A stretch of 64,000 nt of DNA, taken from the NCBI RefSeq assembly GCF_009914755.1, contig NC_060925.1, one strand, 5' to 3'. Shown piece by piece: positions 15,143 through 27,548 of this stretch. Under the pieces are notes generated by a model. It ran no database searches. It worked only from the letters and a program-made list of their open reading frames with translations, and was not told the DNA's origin. This stretch comes from the human T2T-CHM13v2.0 reference genome, Homo sapiens. Position numbers and translations under genes: made by a program. Numbering within the stretch: position 1 is the first letter of the stretch; each line of letters opens with the position of its first letter.

Positions 15143-17161
15143 TGATATGGTTCGGGTTTGTGTCCCCACCCAAATGGAAAATTGATACTGGGAAGTGGGA
15201 CATTGCTATAAACCTACCTGAAAATGTGAAAGCAGCTTTTGAACTGGGTAATGGGAAGAGGTTGTAACAGTTTGGAATGCTCAGAAGAAGATAGGAAGAT
15301 GAGGGAAAATTTGGAACTTTCTAGAGACTTGTTAAATTATTGTGCCCAAAATGCTTATAGTGTTATGGACAATGAAGTCCAGGCTGAGGTGGTCTCAGAT
15401 GGAGATGAGGAACTTATTGGGAACTGGAGCAAAAGTCACTTTTGTTACGTGTTAGCAAAGTGGTTGGAGGCATTGTGCCCCTGCCCTAGGGATCTGTGGA
15501 CCACTGAATTTGAGAGTGACAATTTAGGTTATCTGACAGAAGAAATTTCTAAGCAGCAAAACATTCAACATGTGGCCTGGTTGCTTCTAGAAGCCTATGC
15601 TCATGTTTGTGAGCAAAGAAATAATATAAAGCTAGAATTTGTATTTCAAAGGGAAGTAGAGTGTAAAAATTTGGAAAATTTGCAGCATGACCATGTAGTA
15701 GAAAAGGAAAACCCATTTTCAGGGAAGGAATTCAAGCTGACTGCAGAAATTTGCATAAAAAAGGGAGGCTAGTATTAATATCAAAGACAATGGGAAAAAG
15801 GCATTTCGGAGACCTTTGAGGCAGCTCCTCCCATCACAGGCCTGGAGGCCTAGGAGGGAAGAATGGTATTGTGGGACAGCCTCAAGGTCCCACTACCTTG
15901 TGCAGGCTTGGAACACTGCTCTTTTCATGTGGGCTGCTATAGCTCCAGCTATGGCTCAAAGGAGCCTAGGTACTCAGACTCCTGCTTCAGAGGGTGCAAG
16001 CCATAAGCCTTGGTAGCTTCCACATGCTGTGGAAGCCTGTGGGTGTACAGAATGCAAGAGAGCCTCTGCCTAGATTTCAGAAGATGTGTAGAAAAGCTGG
16101 AATGACCAGGCAAAAGTTTCCTGCAGAGGCAGAGCCCTCATGGAGAACCTCTACTAGGGCAGTGCAGAGGGGAAATGAGAGGTTGGAGCCCCCACATAGA
16201 GTCCCCCCTGGGGCACTGCCTAGTGGAGCTGTGAGAAAAAGGCCACTGTCCTTTAGACCCTAGAATGGTAGATACACTGACAATTTACACCACATGCCTG
16301 AAAAAGCCATAGGCACTCAATGCCAGCCCTTGAGAGTGGTCATGGGGGCTGCGCCATGTAGAGCCACAGGGATGGAGCTGCCCAAAGCCTTTGGAGCCCA
16401 CCCTTTGCATCAGTGTGCCGTGGATGTGAGACAGAGTCAAAGGAGATTATTTTGGAGCTTTAAAGTTTAATGACTGCCTTGCTGGGTTTTGGACTTGCAC
16501 AGGGCCTGTAGCCCCTTTCTTTTGGCCAATTTCTTCCTTTGGAAGGAAAGTATTTACCCAATGTCCATATCCTGATTGTATCTTTCAAGTAACTAGCTTG
16601 TTTTTTATTTTACAGGCTCATAGATGGAAAGGACTGGCCTTGTCTCAGATGAGACTTTGGACTTTGGAGTTAATGCTGGAATGATGCAAGACTTTGGGAT
16701 ACTCTTGGGAAGGGCATGATTGTATTTTGAAATGTGGGAAGGACATGAGATTTGAGAGGAGCCAGGAGTAGAATGATATGGTTTGACTCTGTGTCACCAC
16801 CTAAATCTCATGTCAAATTGTAATCCCCAGTGTTGGAGGTGGGGCATAGTGGAAGGAGATTGGATCATGGGGGGACAGATTTGCCCCTTGGTGCTGATCT
16901 AATGATAGTGAGTAAGTGCTCCCAAGATTTGGTTGTTTAAAAGTGTGTGGCACCTCTCCCTCTCTCTCTTTTACCTACTCCAGCCATGTAAGACATGCCT
17001 GCTTCCCCTTCACCTTCTGCCATGACTGTAAGTTTCCTGAGGCTTCCCAAGTCATGCTTCCTGTACTGCTTGCAGAACTGTGGGCCAATTAAATCTCTTT
17101 TCTCCATAAATTATCCAGTCTCCAGTATTTCTTTATAACAGTGTTAGAAGGGACTAATACA
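15143..17161 (+). mobile_element. MSTA/B-type MaLR provirus: ~30-bp stub of 5' LTR, internal region, complete 3' LTR (16774-17161)
   Basis: tgatatgg LTR starts at 15143 and 16774. Internal ORF remnant 15239-15772 (SEEDRKMRENLELSRDLLN...NEVQAEVVSDGDEELIGNWSK) is typical of THE1/MST-int. Ends ggactaataca. Confidence 0.92.
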
Positions 17162-18039
17162 CCCCACTTATATTTCTTTTTGTCTACTGAGAAGCTATGC
17201 AAGGAGGATAGCAGTTTATTGTAGTCTAGCTACTAGATAGACATGGAAGACACTTGAAAGAGAGATGGCATGATATCTGTTTCTGCTTGGTTACAGACAG
17301 CAGGTTTAAGCTTCACTGGTGAGAGGGCTAAAGCGAGTGAGTGATTGAATTGTTTTGCTGTGAGATATCATGGACTTGAGGAACAAGCAGAGTTGCTTTG
17401 GGCCTAGGTGACAGAGTGTGACAGAGTTGTAGAGAAGACTGTAATCCTATTTTATAAATATTATAATCCAGCAGGTGGGAGCTCAGAGCTATGGTAATTT
17501 GAGCATTAAATGTGACCTCCTTTGCATCTGCAGTCTGCATTTGAGGTATATACAAAGTACAACTGAAACAGAGCCCTGCTTGATATGTCTTAAAATGTCT
17601 AGGTTTTTAAAAAAATCCAACTTGTTTATTTCAGGGCAGCTTGTCTTTACCCTGAGTCCTAGTCCTTGGAAATATCAATTCCATTTGATTATTTTCATAG
17701 TTTCAGGTGTATTCTCTAATGGTACCCAAAACTAGGCTGGCAAATCCTTCTGGACCCTATGTCCAGAAGATCTGAAGTGCTATAATGCCAGAGCCTTCCA
17801 GTCTAGAAGGAGCTCTCCAAGAAGCCTGTTTCCTTCATCTCTAGCTATGATTTATCTTATTTTTACTAACATTCATTGTCTAGACTTCTGCCAGCTTGCA
17901 ACAACTTTTTCTCTTTCAGAAAATCTTAGCCTTTCATGCTGGAAGTCTTCTAATTCTTGTTCCATATTTCTATCCCTAGCTGCCTACAGTGAACATCTGT
18001 GGTTTTTTTTCAAGCATTCATTGACCCATTTCTTTATTT

Positions 18040-18621
18040 AAAGAAAGAATCTTGAGTTTCCTTTGGGGAGCTATTCTTCCTCCACTTTAAGTTCCTGCAG
18101 TATGGGTGGGGTTGATCTCTGCCAGCTCTCAGGGCAGGCCCTTATTATTCTAAGCTTATCAGTGCATGGCATAACTTTGAGCACTGGGATGATTCAAGTG
18201 TGATTATTTGGCCCCATTGGGCCACAAAGAGTCAGACCCAAAACTTCTTGTGAACGATTAGAGAGAGAGAGAGGGAGAGACAGAGACAGAAACAGAGAGA
18301 GAGAGAGAGAGAGAGAATATGAGTCTCTTTCTGCTGTTTCTATATTGTAGAGGATGAAAGATCTGATGAAGTCTTTTTATGGCCACAAAGGAGGCATCTG
18401 TCAAAGCCAACGTATCTGGGAGAATGGGGCTGAACATGGCTGAAAGAGACAGAGAAAACTGGGTTCTGCTGACATTGTTCAATCTCTGTATCAAACCATA
18501 CCTGGAAATAATCCAACCCCCTGAACTTTTCAGTTTTGTAATCTACCAAATTTCTTCCTGATTAAGTCATTTTGGGTTGGATTTTCTGTAATTTTCAGCC
18601 AAAAAAATTCTGAAAATTACA
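18040..18621 (+). mobile_element. MLT1K/L-like LTR with internal (GA)n at 18260-18316
   Basis: MaLR 3' motif ...taagtcattttgggttggattttctgt...aca. Confidence 0.6.
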
Positions 18622-19499
18622 CCAGTCATCTGGCCTTTAGATACTTCCAGCCGAAGGCTCTCCGCTTGCTTTACTCTCTGTTGTGTGCTGGCATTGATGC
18701 TGACTGTAGTGCATAGTCCTTGACCTTGGTTTCCCCCTGGACTTTGAATTGACAGCTCTTGACTGGGCTTGACTTTGGTATCTCCTCATGGGAATGCCTG
18801 ATCTTGATCCCTCAGTCCCATAGTCTACCTGCAATGCTGAATCCTCACCCACCAACACCATCTCAAGCCAGAGCCCAGTTTTTTATTTCTAATTGAGCAC
18901 TCTGAATATTTTATTTCTGGAATAAATTTTAGTCAAGTTATTAGAACTTATTCAGAAGTGTCCACAGGAAGAGCTTTTCCTCACTCACCATCTATGCTGA
19001 TCTGCACGTGGTCAGAATGAAGCAAAGAACTCCAAGCAATCTTATCTTCTAACCACGGTATGCACATGTTTGTACTCATCCTGAACTTCTTTGGGCCTGG
19101 GACACTCAACGTCATCTCATACATCAAGTTTTATTAACCTCAAGAGGGAACTCAAGGGAAAAAGGAGGAGGGCCAGGGTATGTATTCAAATAGGATGCTT
19201 GCACTTCTTTTAGGAGATATGATGAGGCCTGCCTAGGAGTCACGTTAATCAGTCTCATCTCAACTTCTAATATTAGCTGAAAATCTGTGTGTTCACATAT
19301 GTTGATAAAACTCAGTGAATTATCTCAAATCCAGCATCTCAGGGTGTCTGTTTCTGCTGCATAGACACGCATATTCTTGAAAGTGTCAGTAGCACTGAAG
19401 GTGCCACTGAGGAAATAGCACTTCATCCTTCTGCATGATCCTGCAAGATAGAAAGAATCATGGATTATCCTTTCTTGTTTTATAAGTGAAAATGGCAGA

Positions 19500-19700
19500 G
19501 ACTGAGAATCACAGAACCACAGAATGTGTTGCAGAGCCTGAAGGGCCTAAAATTAGCTAAACTTGCTCTTTCAATATACAGATAAAGGGATCAAGGTCCA
19601 GAGATGTCAAGTGACTTGCCCGAGGTCACACAGTCAGCTGGTGGCAAAGTCATAATAAAGACCTAGGTATATTTGTTTGCAAAGCAGCACTCCTTGACTA
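19500..19700 (-). mobile_element. MIR
   Basis: cagagatgtcaagtgacttgcccgaggtcacacag core. Confidence 0.8.
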
Positions 19701-19736
19701 TATTCCCCTGGGGCTTAACAGTCATGAGTAGAATTG

Positions 19737-19835
19737 CTTTTCCTGAAAGTAATATGTCCTTAAAAGTCAGACATCCCTGACTTTTAGTAAAACAGGGATG
19801 TCTGACTTTTAAGGACATATTACTTTCAGGAAAAG
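19737..19835. repeat. Perfect inverted repeat with 43-bp arms and a 13-nt spacer
   Basis: 19737-19779 cttttcctgaaagtaatatgtccttaaaagtcagacatccctg is the exact reverse complement of 19793-19835. Confidence 0.98.
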
Positions 19836-19864
19836 TTTGGATTTAGTCCTTCATGTGAGGAAAT

Positions 19865-20355
19865 GACTTGTTAGCTCTTTTAAAGCACCCCAAACATAGT
19901 GACTTTAAACAATAACCATTCATGATGACTCACAAGCCCGTCAACTGGCTAGGCAGTTCTGGCCTGGGAGGGATGACAGTGCTTCCAGCAGTGCCCCCAC
20001 CATGTGTCTGCTGTCTGATGGGAACTGATTTGTCTAGAAAGGGCCCAGCTAGGATGGCTTATCTCTGCCTTATGTGGTCTTTCATCCTCTGGCAGCATAG
20101 CTTGGGATTGTTCACATAGCAACTTGGCAAGTTTCCAAGAAAGGGTTTGGGGCTTCTTGAAAGGTAGGCCTGGGACTAGCACATCTTCATTTATGTCACA
20201 TTTTGGTGATCAAAGCAAGTCACAAGGCCAGCCCAGATTTGAGGGGTGAGGAAATAGATTCCACTTCTACCTGGGAGGAGGTGCAAAGGCACATTGTAAG
20301 AAGCATGGACACAGAGAGGGAAATAATTGTAGATATTTTTGCAAACAATCTACTT
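19865..20355 (-). mobile_element. MLT1H-like LTR
   Basis: ccccaaacatagtgactttaaacaataacc...caaagcaagtcacaaggccagcccagattt. Confidence 0.8.
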
Positions 20356-21054
20356 CAGGTGATGTAATCCCTCTTATTTCCAAAAACAGCCTAAACTATC
20401 ATAGTCTTGGCACAAATATAATAGAAGTTTAATGCATATGTTTCAAATGAGTTTTGCCATCTCGCCATTCATGAGAGTACATGTGAATGAGTTAATAATG
20501 TGAGTGTGTGCTGTACCGGAGTGTGTGTGTGTGCATGTACATGTGAATTTGTGTACTCTTAAGTCTTTTGAGATGCAGGCTTCTTTCTGCAAGGACACTT
20601 TGTAAAGCCAGGGCATTTTAGGACCAAGGAGAGCAATCTGACCTAAAAGAGCAGATGATGCCAGGCCCCGGCAGACCCCATCTCAAGTGGCAGATCATAA
20701 ATTAGAGTCTATTTCTTGGTAGCAATAGCACATTGGGCAATAGAGTTTTGTTTTCTAACATCAGAAAACACATACATTTGTCTGCACAGGAAAAGTATTT
20801 CCTGGAAAACTGTCTCAAAAAGAGCACACTAGAGAAGAGACATTAGCTTCAAATACAGCCATTTTTCCAGAGTCTTCACCATAAGGAACAAAAACCCTTC
20901 AGCTCCCAATCCACAGGGTCTCACCTGAGGGGTCAAGGCCACCACCACTGCCAAGATGCCAGTACATTTTCACTTACCCTAACTTTGTGGCCTCAGAGAG
21001 GACAATGTCCATACCCCTTACCTCACCCATACTAAGGTTATAGACTTCCTCACA

Positions 21055-21590
21055 ACTAACATTTACTGAATAGCTGCTGAGTACCAGTCACTTGTCTAGG
21101 TGCTAGGTTTATAGAGAAAAAATAACAGTCATGGCCCTGCTGTTATATAGCCCACATTCTAGTGGGAGAAGCGGACAATAAACAAAGAGATAGTCTAATA
21201 CATAAATACAAAAAATGTGATGAATGATATCAAGGAAATGACAGGGTGTTTTTAAAAAGAGAATAAGAAGGGAATCCAGTTGAGTTTAGATGATTGGGTA
21301 AGTCCTCACTGAAGAGGTGATGTCTTAGCTGAGATCTGGAGGAAAAGTGGTATAGGCAGGCAAAGGGAAGAGGAGAGGACCATTCTAAGTGGAGGAAAGA
21401 GCATGCGCCTAAGTCCTGGGGCAAGAACAAGTTTAATGCTTTGGGATTTGGAAGAAGCTCAATGAAACTAAACTCTAGTGAGTAGGAGAGTTCAAGATGA
21501 GAGTGTAGAAATAGGAGAGACCAAATTATGCATGGTCTTGCAGGCTATGTTATGGAGTTTGCATTCTATTTTCAGAGTAATAGTAAAACA
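21055..21590 (-). mobile_element. L2
   Basis: aacatttactgaata...cacattctagtgggag...cctcactgaagaggtgatgtct. Confidence 0.8.
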
Positions 21591-22269
21591 GAGAAGTGTT
21601 TTCTCAGACTTTCTCAGGAAATCCAGATATTCTTCACACGCTGTTGTGAATTCTTGGGTTAGGAAGTGTTCTAGGAAACTAAGGTGGAAACACCTGCAGC
21701 TCCATCCCCCTATCTCCTGAAATGAACAGGTTTGTGAGCTAATGTCCTTGTCCTCAAGAACCAGCCCAGACACAAGTCCAAAGCTATCCAGTCTCGGTGG
21801 ATTGAGCTGTACAACCTTGAACTGCACGAGGGTCCCCCTTGCCAGGCCAGGTGGGCTCTTTCTCCCTCCCAAGACTTGTCTTCTCTTCTTCTTGTACAGT
21901 AGGAGCCCAGTATGTGCAGCTCCCACCTGGAGTCTCAGCCTCTATCAGTCTTGTCCTCATTCTCACTTCTTTCTTCCTGGCTCCTGGATTGCACCTTCTC
22001 GTACTAAAAGCTTCAGGCCCTTCAGCCAGCACAAAACTGATAATCCACTCCTTTACTCTCCCAGAGGTCCTGACATTTGCTCTCCACTAGGGCCCATTTA
22101 TTCATTAAATGGTCGAGTGATTCTGCTCTTTGTGGAAAGCTTATCTTCTTTGCCATTGACGTGAGCCAATGCTGCCAACATTTCACCACCAATCTCTCCA
22201 TTTATTCTCTCCTCACCTCTTTCTACCATCTTGCTATGTTGAAAGACATCTCTCAGACATGTCACATCT

Positions 22270-22372
22270 AATAACAACAGCTAACTTTATCAAGCACTTT
22301 CTATATGCAAAGCATTGTCTTAAGTACTTTCCATGCAATGTCTTGTTTAATTCATGTACTATACCATAATGC
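22270..22372 (-). mobile_element. MIR, split by MLT1F; resumes at ~23425-23530
   Basis: aataacaacagctaactttatcaagcactttctatatgcaaagcattgtctt. Confidence 0.7.
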
Positions 22373-22373
22373 A

Positions 22374-23420
22374 AGGGTGGCAGACTGTATTTTTCAAAGA
22401 TGTCCTCAACAATACCACCAGTTTCACTTGTCCTTCTAGAACCTCTCCACTTGCCCCAACTCTCATTAAGAGGCATAATTTAATTATCTTCCCTGTGAAC
22501 CTGGCTTCCGTCTAACTTGGTCATAATCAATAGAGCACAGAGTGAGTAATTTGTTGATTTCTGAGGCTTGGTCATAAAAAGTGGTACAGCTTCCCCTTGC
22601 TAGAAGAGACACTCTCTTGTGCAAGCTGCTTTGAGTGCCCAAGCATAGGTGTGAGCCGCCTTGGGTGTCCAGGCATAGGAGTGGGCCACTTTGGATATCC
22701 AGGCACAGGAGTGAGCTTCCTTGAGTGTCTAGGCATGGAAGTGAGCTGTCTTGGGTGTCCAGGCACAGGAGTGAGCCGCCTTGGGTGTCCAAGCATGGGA
22801 GTGAGCTGCCTTGGATGTCTAGGCATGGGAGTGAGCCACCTGGGGTGTCCAGGCATGGGAGTGAGCCACCTTGGGTGTCCAAGCACGGTAGTGAGCTGCC
22901 TTGGGTGTCTAGGCATAGGAGTGAACCTCCTTGGGAGTCTGGGCATGGGACTGAGCCACCTTGGGTGTCCAGGCATGGGAGTGAGCTGCCTTAAATGTCT
23001 AGGCATGGGACTGAGCCGCCTTGGGTGTCCAGGCATGGGAGTGAGCTGCCTTAAATGTCTAGGCATGGGACTGAGCTGCCTTGGGTGTCCAGGCACAAGA
23101 GTGAGCCACCTTGGATGTCCAAGCACAGGAGTGAGCCACCTTAGATGTTCAGGTATGGGACTTAGAAACCCTGGGTGTCCAGGCACAGGAGTGAGCCACC
23201 TTGGATGTCCAGCTCAATTGAATCTTCAGATGCAGCAGCCCCGGGTGACATTATACTGCAATCATATGGGATTCACATGTGCAATCATATGCAATCATAT
23301 TGCAATCACATATCTGCCCATCCCCTAGCTTTTCCAAAATTCATGACCCCCACAGTCATGAGCAGTTGTTTTAAACTGCTAACTTATGGAGTAATTTGTT
23401 ACAAAGCAATAGTTACCAGA
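22374..23420 (+). mobile_element. MLT1F-like LTR containing an expanded minisatellite
   Basis: gtggcagactgtatttttcaaagatg... start; ...taatttgttacaaagcaatagttaccagaa end. Confidence 0.8.
22621..23212. repeat. 30-bp minisatellite, ~20 units (consensus gtgagccrccttgggtgtccaggcatggga)
   Basis: Units stay in exact register across ten 60-bp lines. This explains the repetitive ORFs 22597-23328 (+) and 22572-23186 (-). Confidence 0.98.
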
Positions 23421-23536
23421 AAGATAGGCATTCTTATGGGTCTTGTTTTATAAACAAGTGTTCTAAGACTCAAACAAAGTAAATTCCTTCCCCAAAGTCA
23501 CAGAGCTCTTAAGTGATGGAATTAGAATCTTCGGTC

Positions 23537-23658
23537 TTTCTCTCTTTCTCTTTATTTCTTTTCCTTCCTTCCTTCCTTCCTTCCTTCCTTCCTTCCTTCC
23601 TTCCTCCTTCCTTCCTTCCTTCCTTCCTTCCTTCATTCCTTCCTTCCTTCCTTCCTTC

Positions 23659-23697
<39 letters not shown>

Positions 23698-23735
23698 TTT
23701 CTTTCTTTCTTTCTTTCTTTCTTTCCTTCTTTCTT
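23537..23735. repeat. (CCTT)n/(CTTT)n microsatellite forming the expanded tail of the adjacent Alu
   Basis: Pyrimidine tract of ~200 bp lying inside the TSD pair aatcttcggtctttc (~23527) / aatcttttgtctttc (24014). Confidence 0.95.
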
Positions 23736-24013
23736 AGACGGAGTCTCACTCTCTCACCAGGCTGGAGTACAGTGGTGTGATCTCAGCTCACTGTAACCTC
23801 CGCCCCTGGGGTTCAAGCAATTCTGCTGCCTCAGCCTCCTGAGTAGCTGGGATTATAGGCAAGTGCCACCACGCCCAGCTAATTTTTGTATTTTTAGTAG
23901 AGATGGGGTTTCACCATGTTGGCCAGGATGGTCTTGATCTCTTGACCTCGTGATCCACCCACCTTGGCCTCCCAAAGTGCTGGTATTACAGGCGCAAGCC
24001 ACCGCATCCAGCC
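23736..24013 (-). mobile_element. AluS (Sc-like)
   Basis: Complete antisense Alu body. Confidence 0.95.
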
Positions 24014-24299
24014 AATCTTTTGTCTTTCATACTGCGTGGCCTGTGCTATCACTGTCCACCTATTAAACAACAGTCTATGCAACTTAGTTATGGGTTTGGT
24101 ATAGGTCTGTAAGTCATGGACCCCCATTCATGGACGGAACTCAAGGTTGGAAGTGCCTGTTCTAGGCTCATTTGGGGGATTAGCCTCAGGAGCTACCTCC
24201 AAGGAGAATTCACATATCATGCATGGATGGTCTATGTGCCATGACCACTCTCTCCTGCAACTAGCAGGGGTGTTTTCTTCAACTTCAGAAGGCAGCATA

Positions 24300-24530
24300 A
24301 ACTGTGAGTTAAGAACACAGGGACAGGGCTCTGCCATTTAACAGCCCTATGACCTTAGAGCAATCAGTTACTCCACTTCTTGGAGCCACAGGTTTCTCAG
24401 ATGGAAAATTGATAATGATAGTAGAACACAATTCATAGGGTTGTTCGGGGTATTAAGTGAAATAATGTATAAAAAGTACTGATCACATTTCGTGGCAGTT
24501 AGCATGCTCCTTCTTAATTAGTTACTATTG
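24300..24530 (+). mobile_element. MIR
   Basis: ggctctgccatttaacagccctatgacctt...aaaattgataatgatagta. Confidence 0.75.
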
Positions 24531-25219
24531 TTAATACAGGTGAGAGTCAGATACACACTGAGCCCTGTGAAAAAAACATGTTCTTTCCCCCACTCCTACT
24601 ACTCCATAGAACCCCTTTAATGGGACTTAACTCACCTGGTTTTCCTCACAAAAGCCATGATTCAAGGTAGAACACCTCGGGTGAGTAACAAAGCTCACGC
24701 TGAGTAAAAAGAGGCCGTCCTGACGCATTGTCCCCGCTCCCTATTTCTTCAGCCGAAGGCAGGATTGCCTCAGCACAATGATTTGGAATCTGAATACCCG
24801 ACTTCTCTGGCTTTCGGTGTCCTCATATGAAAAATAGAAATGGTATTGATTACCTCATGGTGGCTGTGAACATTCGACGAGATGATGAATGTCTGGCAGT
24901 GGAAAACAGTGCTTGGGGAAGACTAACAGTTCTTCCTGGCTGCTCTTTTCTGGGCCATTCTCCAAAGGGTGCTAAGTATTACACTTCTCCCTCCTCCCTG
25001 CTCTCACTGTTGTCAGAAACCTCTGGGCTTGTAGCAAGGGATTTCAAGGTGCTGAATTCCTTCTATGGAAATTCAAGCAAAGCTGAGGCACCACCCTGAT
25101 CCATCCTTCTTGTGGGAATGAGAAAGCCCCTTCCACTCTTGAGGGACAAGGAGATCAGATTTATGGGGCGCCCTGGTATCACAATCACATAGGCTTTGGG
25201 AAGCCCATGAAGAATGTGG

Positions 25220-25400
25220 ATTGGAAAGAGCACTGGATTTGAGGCGCAGGAAACCTGAGTATCAGACTTGTGGCTCTTTCCCTTTTGAGCTCTCTTTCCT
25301 TGGCAATGGCATTGAGCCTCAGTTTCTCTGTCTTTAAAAATGGGGACAATAGTTATACCTGTCTTACTTGGATTGCAAGCTTATTGTGAAGTTTAAAAAG
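25220..25400 (+). mobile_element. MIR
   Basis: gagcctcagtttctctgtctttaaaaatgggg. Confidence 0.75.
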
Positions 25401-25714
25401 AACAAGAGGGTATGATAGAGTCTCTGCAGATGTCCTTTATTGCTCTTAGTCTTGGGCAGGAATCTAGTCTACCTACACAAAACTAAGACAGCATAAGCAG
25501 GAGTCCTCAGAGAGAAGCAAGGAGCAGAATCTTAGTTCTGTGCACTGGAAACCACTTTCATTCTCCTGAAAGGGAGTAAACTTACTTTATTTTTGTAATA
25601 TTCTCCTATTTCTTACTCTTGAGAATGGCATTATCCTAGCCAGCCCTGTAGAAGCAAGTCTAGATACCCTCTAGCTCACTGTCCATACCAAATCATCAAG
25701 TCTAATGGAGTAAA

Positions 25715-25965
25715 TAAGGATAATTAGTAATTATAGAGTATATGCAATGTACCAGGGATAGTTCTAAGTGCTTTACATGGATCATCTCATTTCATTCATA
25801 GAATAACTACTATCAGGTAGTTGCTTTTATTATCTCTCATTCACAGATGAAGAAAGTCAAGTGCAGAGAGGTTAAGTAACTTATTCAAGGTCACACAGCT
25901 GGTAAGGGATCCCAGCAGGCTTTGAACTCTGGAAGCTGACTTCAGAGCTTTTGCACATAACCACT
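25715..25965 (-). mobile_element. MIR
   Basis: cagagaggttaagtaacttattcaaggtcacacagctggtaag. Confidence 0.85.
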
Positions 25966-25989
25966 ACCCTGATCCTCTCCCACCATGCT

Positions 25990-26610
25990 GTCTCAAGCAA
26001 CTCTTGCTGACATTCCTATGGTATCTCCTAGCTGGCATAAGTGCCCTGGTCTTACTCTTCTGTAAACCATTCCCTGCACAGCTACCAGAGAATTCTTCCT
26101 AAAAGACAACTCTGATCAAGTCACTCTCTGCTTGAAGATTTTCAAGGGTTCCCCATTTTCCACAGGATAAAGTCCAAGCTCCTCCAATCGGCTCATAAAT
26201 CCCTGGGTGGTCTGGCCCCTGTGAACCTCTCTCCAGCCTGCTTCCCACTGCACTCTGTACATTTTATATTCAGGGACGCTGGATTGTTCTATGCTCCTTC
26301 ATTCTGCTATATTTTGGTGTCTTAATATTTAATTCCTTATCCCTCCTGATAGCCTCTTCATCAGCTGAAAACTCCTACTCATCCAAGTCAACTACAAACC
26401 CTTCCCTGCCCCACCCAGACCCTTCTCCTAGGTTCCTTGAGCATCCTGGGCTTACTCCCATTACAGTGTCTATCGCGTTGGAATGCAACAATTTGTCTGC
26501 AGGTCTATCTGCCAATAGACCACAAGTTCCAGAAGGCAGAATCCTCTTTAGCTCTTGACACCTTCCATAAATCCAGTACTATAGGGCATTCATAAACACT
26601 GCCAAAAATA
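25990..26610 (+). mobile_element. L2 fragment
   Basis: ccacaggataaagtccaagctcct...aactcctactcatcc. Confidence 0.7.
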
Positions 26611-26976
26611 CTTTTAGGTGTGGAAAATTATTCCTATTTGCATGATGGCACAATACCAGGTAACAGTGCTCTTGGATCCCAACCTATCATCCTGGTTTCC
26701 TCACAAGAAGGAAGCCTCAGCAACTCTGCCTAGTCCCTGCTTTACCAAAACCCAGAAATGCACGGGTTTCAGCATCCGCACACCCTCTCCTCGCATCTCC
26801 CTCCATCATCTCTCTCTTCTCACTATCTCAGCTCCTGAGGGTCCTTTCCATCCATGCTAGAGTAGACTGCTCACTGCTTGCATCACTAGCCCAGACCATA
26901 CAGGGTCTACTCCCGGTCCACTTTTCAAACCACCTACTTTCTCACCTAGGTTTAGCTTAGACAAGGCACACATTTT

Positions 26977-27509
26977 TCAAGACAACATGGTGAAACTCCG
27001 TCTGTACTAAAAAATACAAAAATTAGCCTTGTGTGGGCCGGGCGCGGTGGCTCATGCCTGTAATCCCAGCACTTTGGGAGGCCAAGGCGGGCGGATCACG
27101 AGGTCAGGAGATCGAAACCATCCTGGCTAACATGGTGAAACCCCGTCTCTACTAAAAATACAAAAAAAATTAGCCGGGCGTGGTGGCAGGCGCCTGTAGT
27201 CCCAGCTACTCAGGAGGCTGAGGCAGGAGAATGGCGTGAACCCGGGAGGCGGAGCTTGCAGTGAGCCGAGATGGTGCTACTGCACTCCAGCCTGGGCGAC
27301 AGAGCAAGACTCCGTCTCAAAAAAAGCAAACAAAAACAAAAACAAAAAACCCCAAAAATTAGCTAGGTGTGGTGGCATGCACCTGTAAACCCAGCTACTT
27401 AGGAGGTTGAGGCAGGAGAATCACTTGTACCCGGGAGGCAGAGCTTGCAGTGAGCCGAGATCAGGCCACTGCACTCCGGCCTGGGCGAGAGGGAGAGACT
27501 CCGTCTCAA

Positions 27510-27548
<39 letters not shown>

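Noticed and set aside
13040-17770. 8-9 bp hairpins (gtctacac..gtgtagac at ~13040; cttctggac..gtccagaag at ~17747)
   Set aside because: Too short to distinguish from chance in 64 kb.
22621-23212. Palindromic 30-bp repeats as a CRISPR array or a repeat-protein gene
   Set aside because: Units are head-to-tail with no unique spacers and the context is eukaryotic. The ORFs follow from the 30-bp period and lie inside an LTR.
23736-27352. Oppositely oriented Alus as a novel dsRNA structure
   Set aside because: Inverted Alu pairs 3 kb apart are commonplace in primate DNA.
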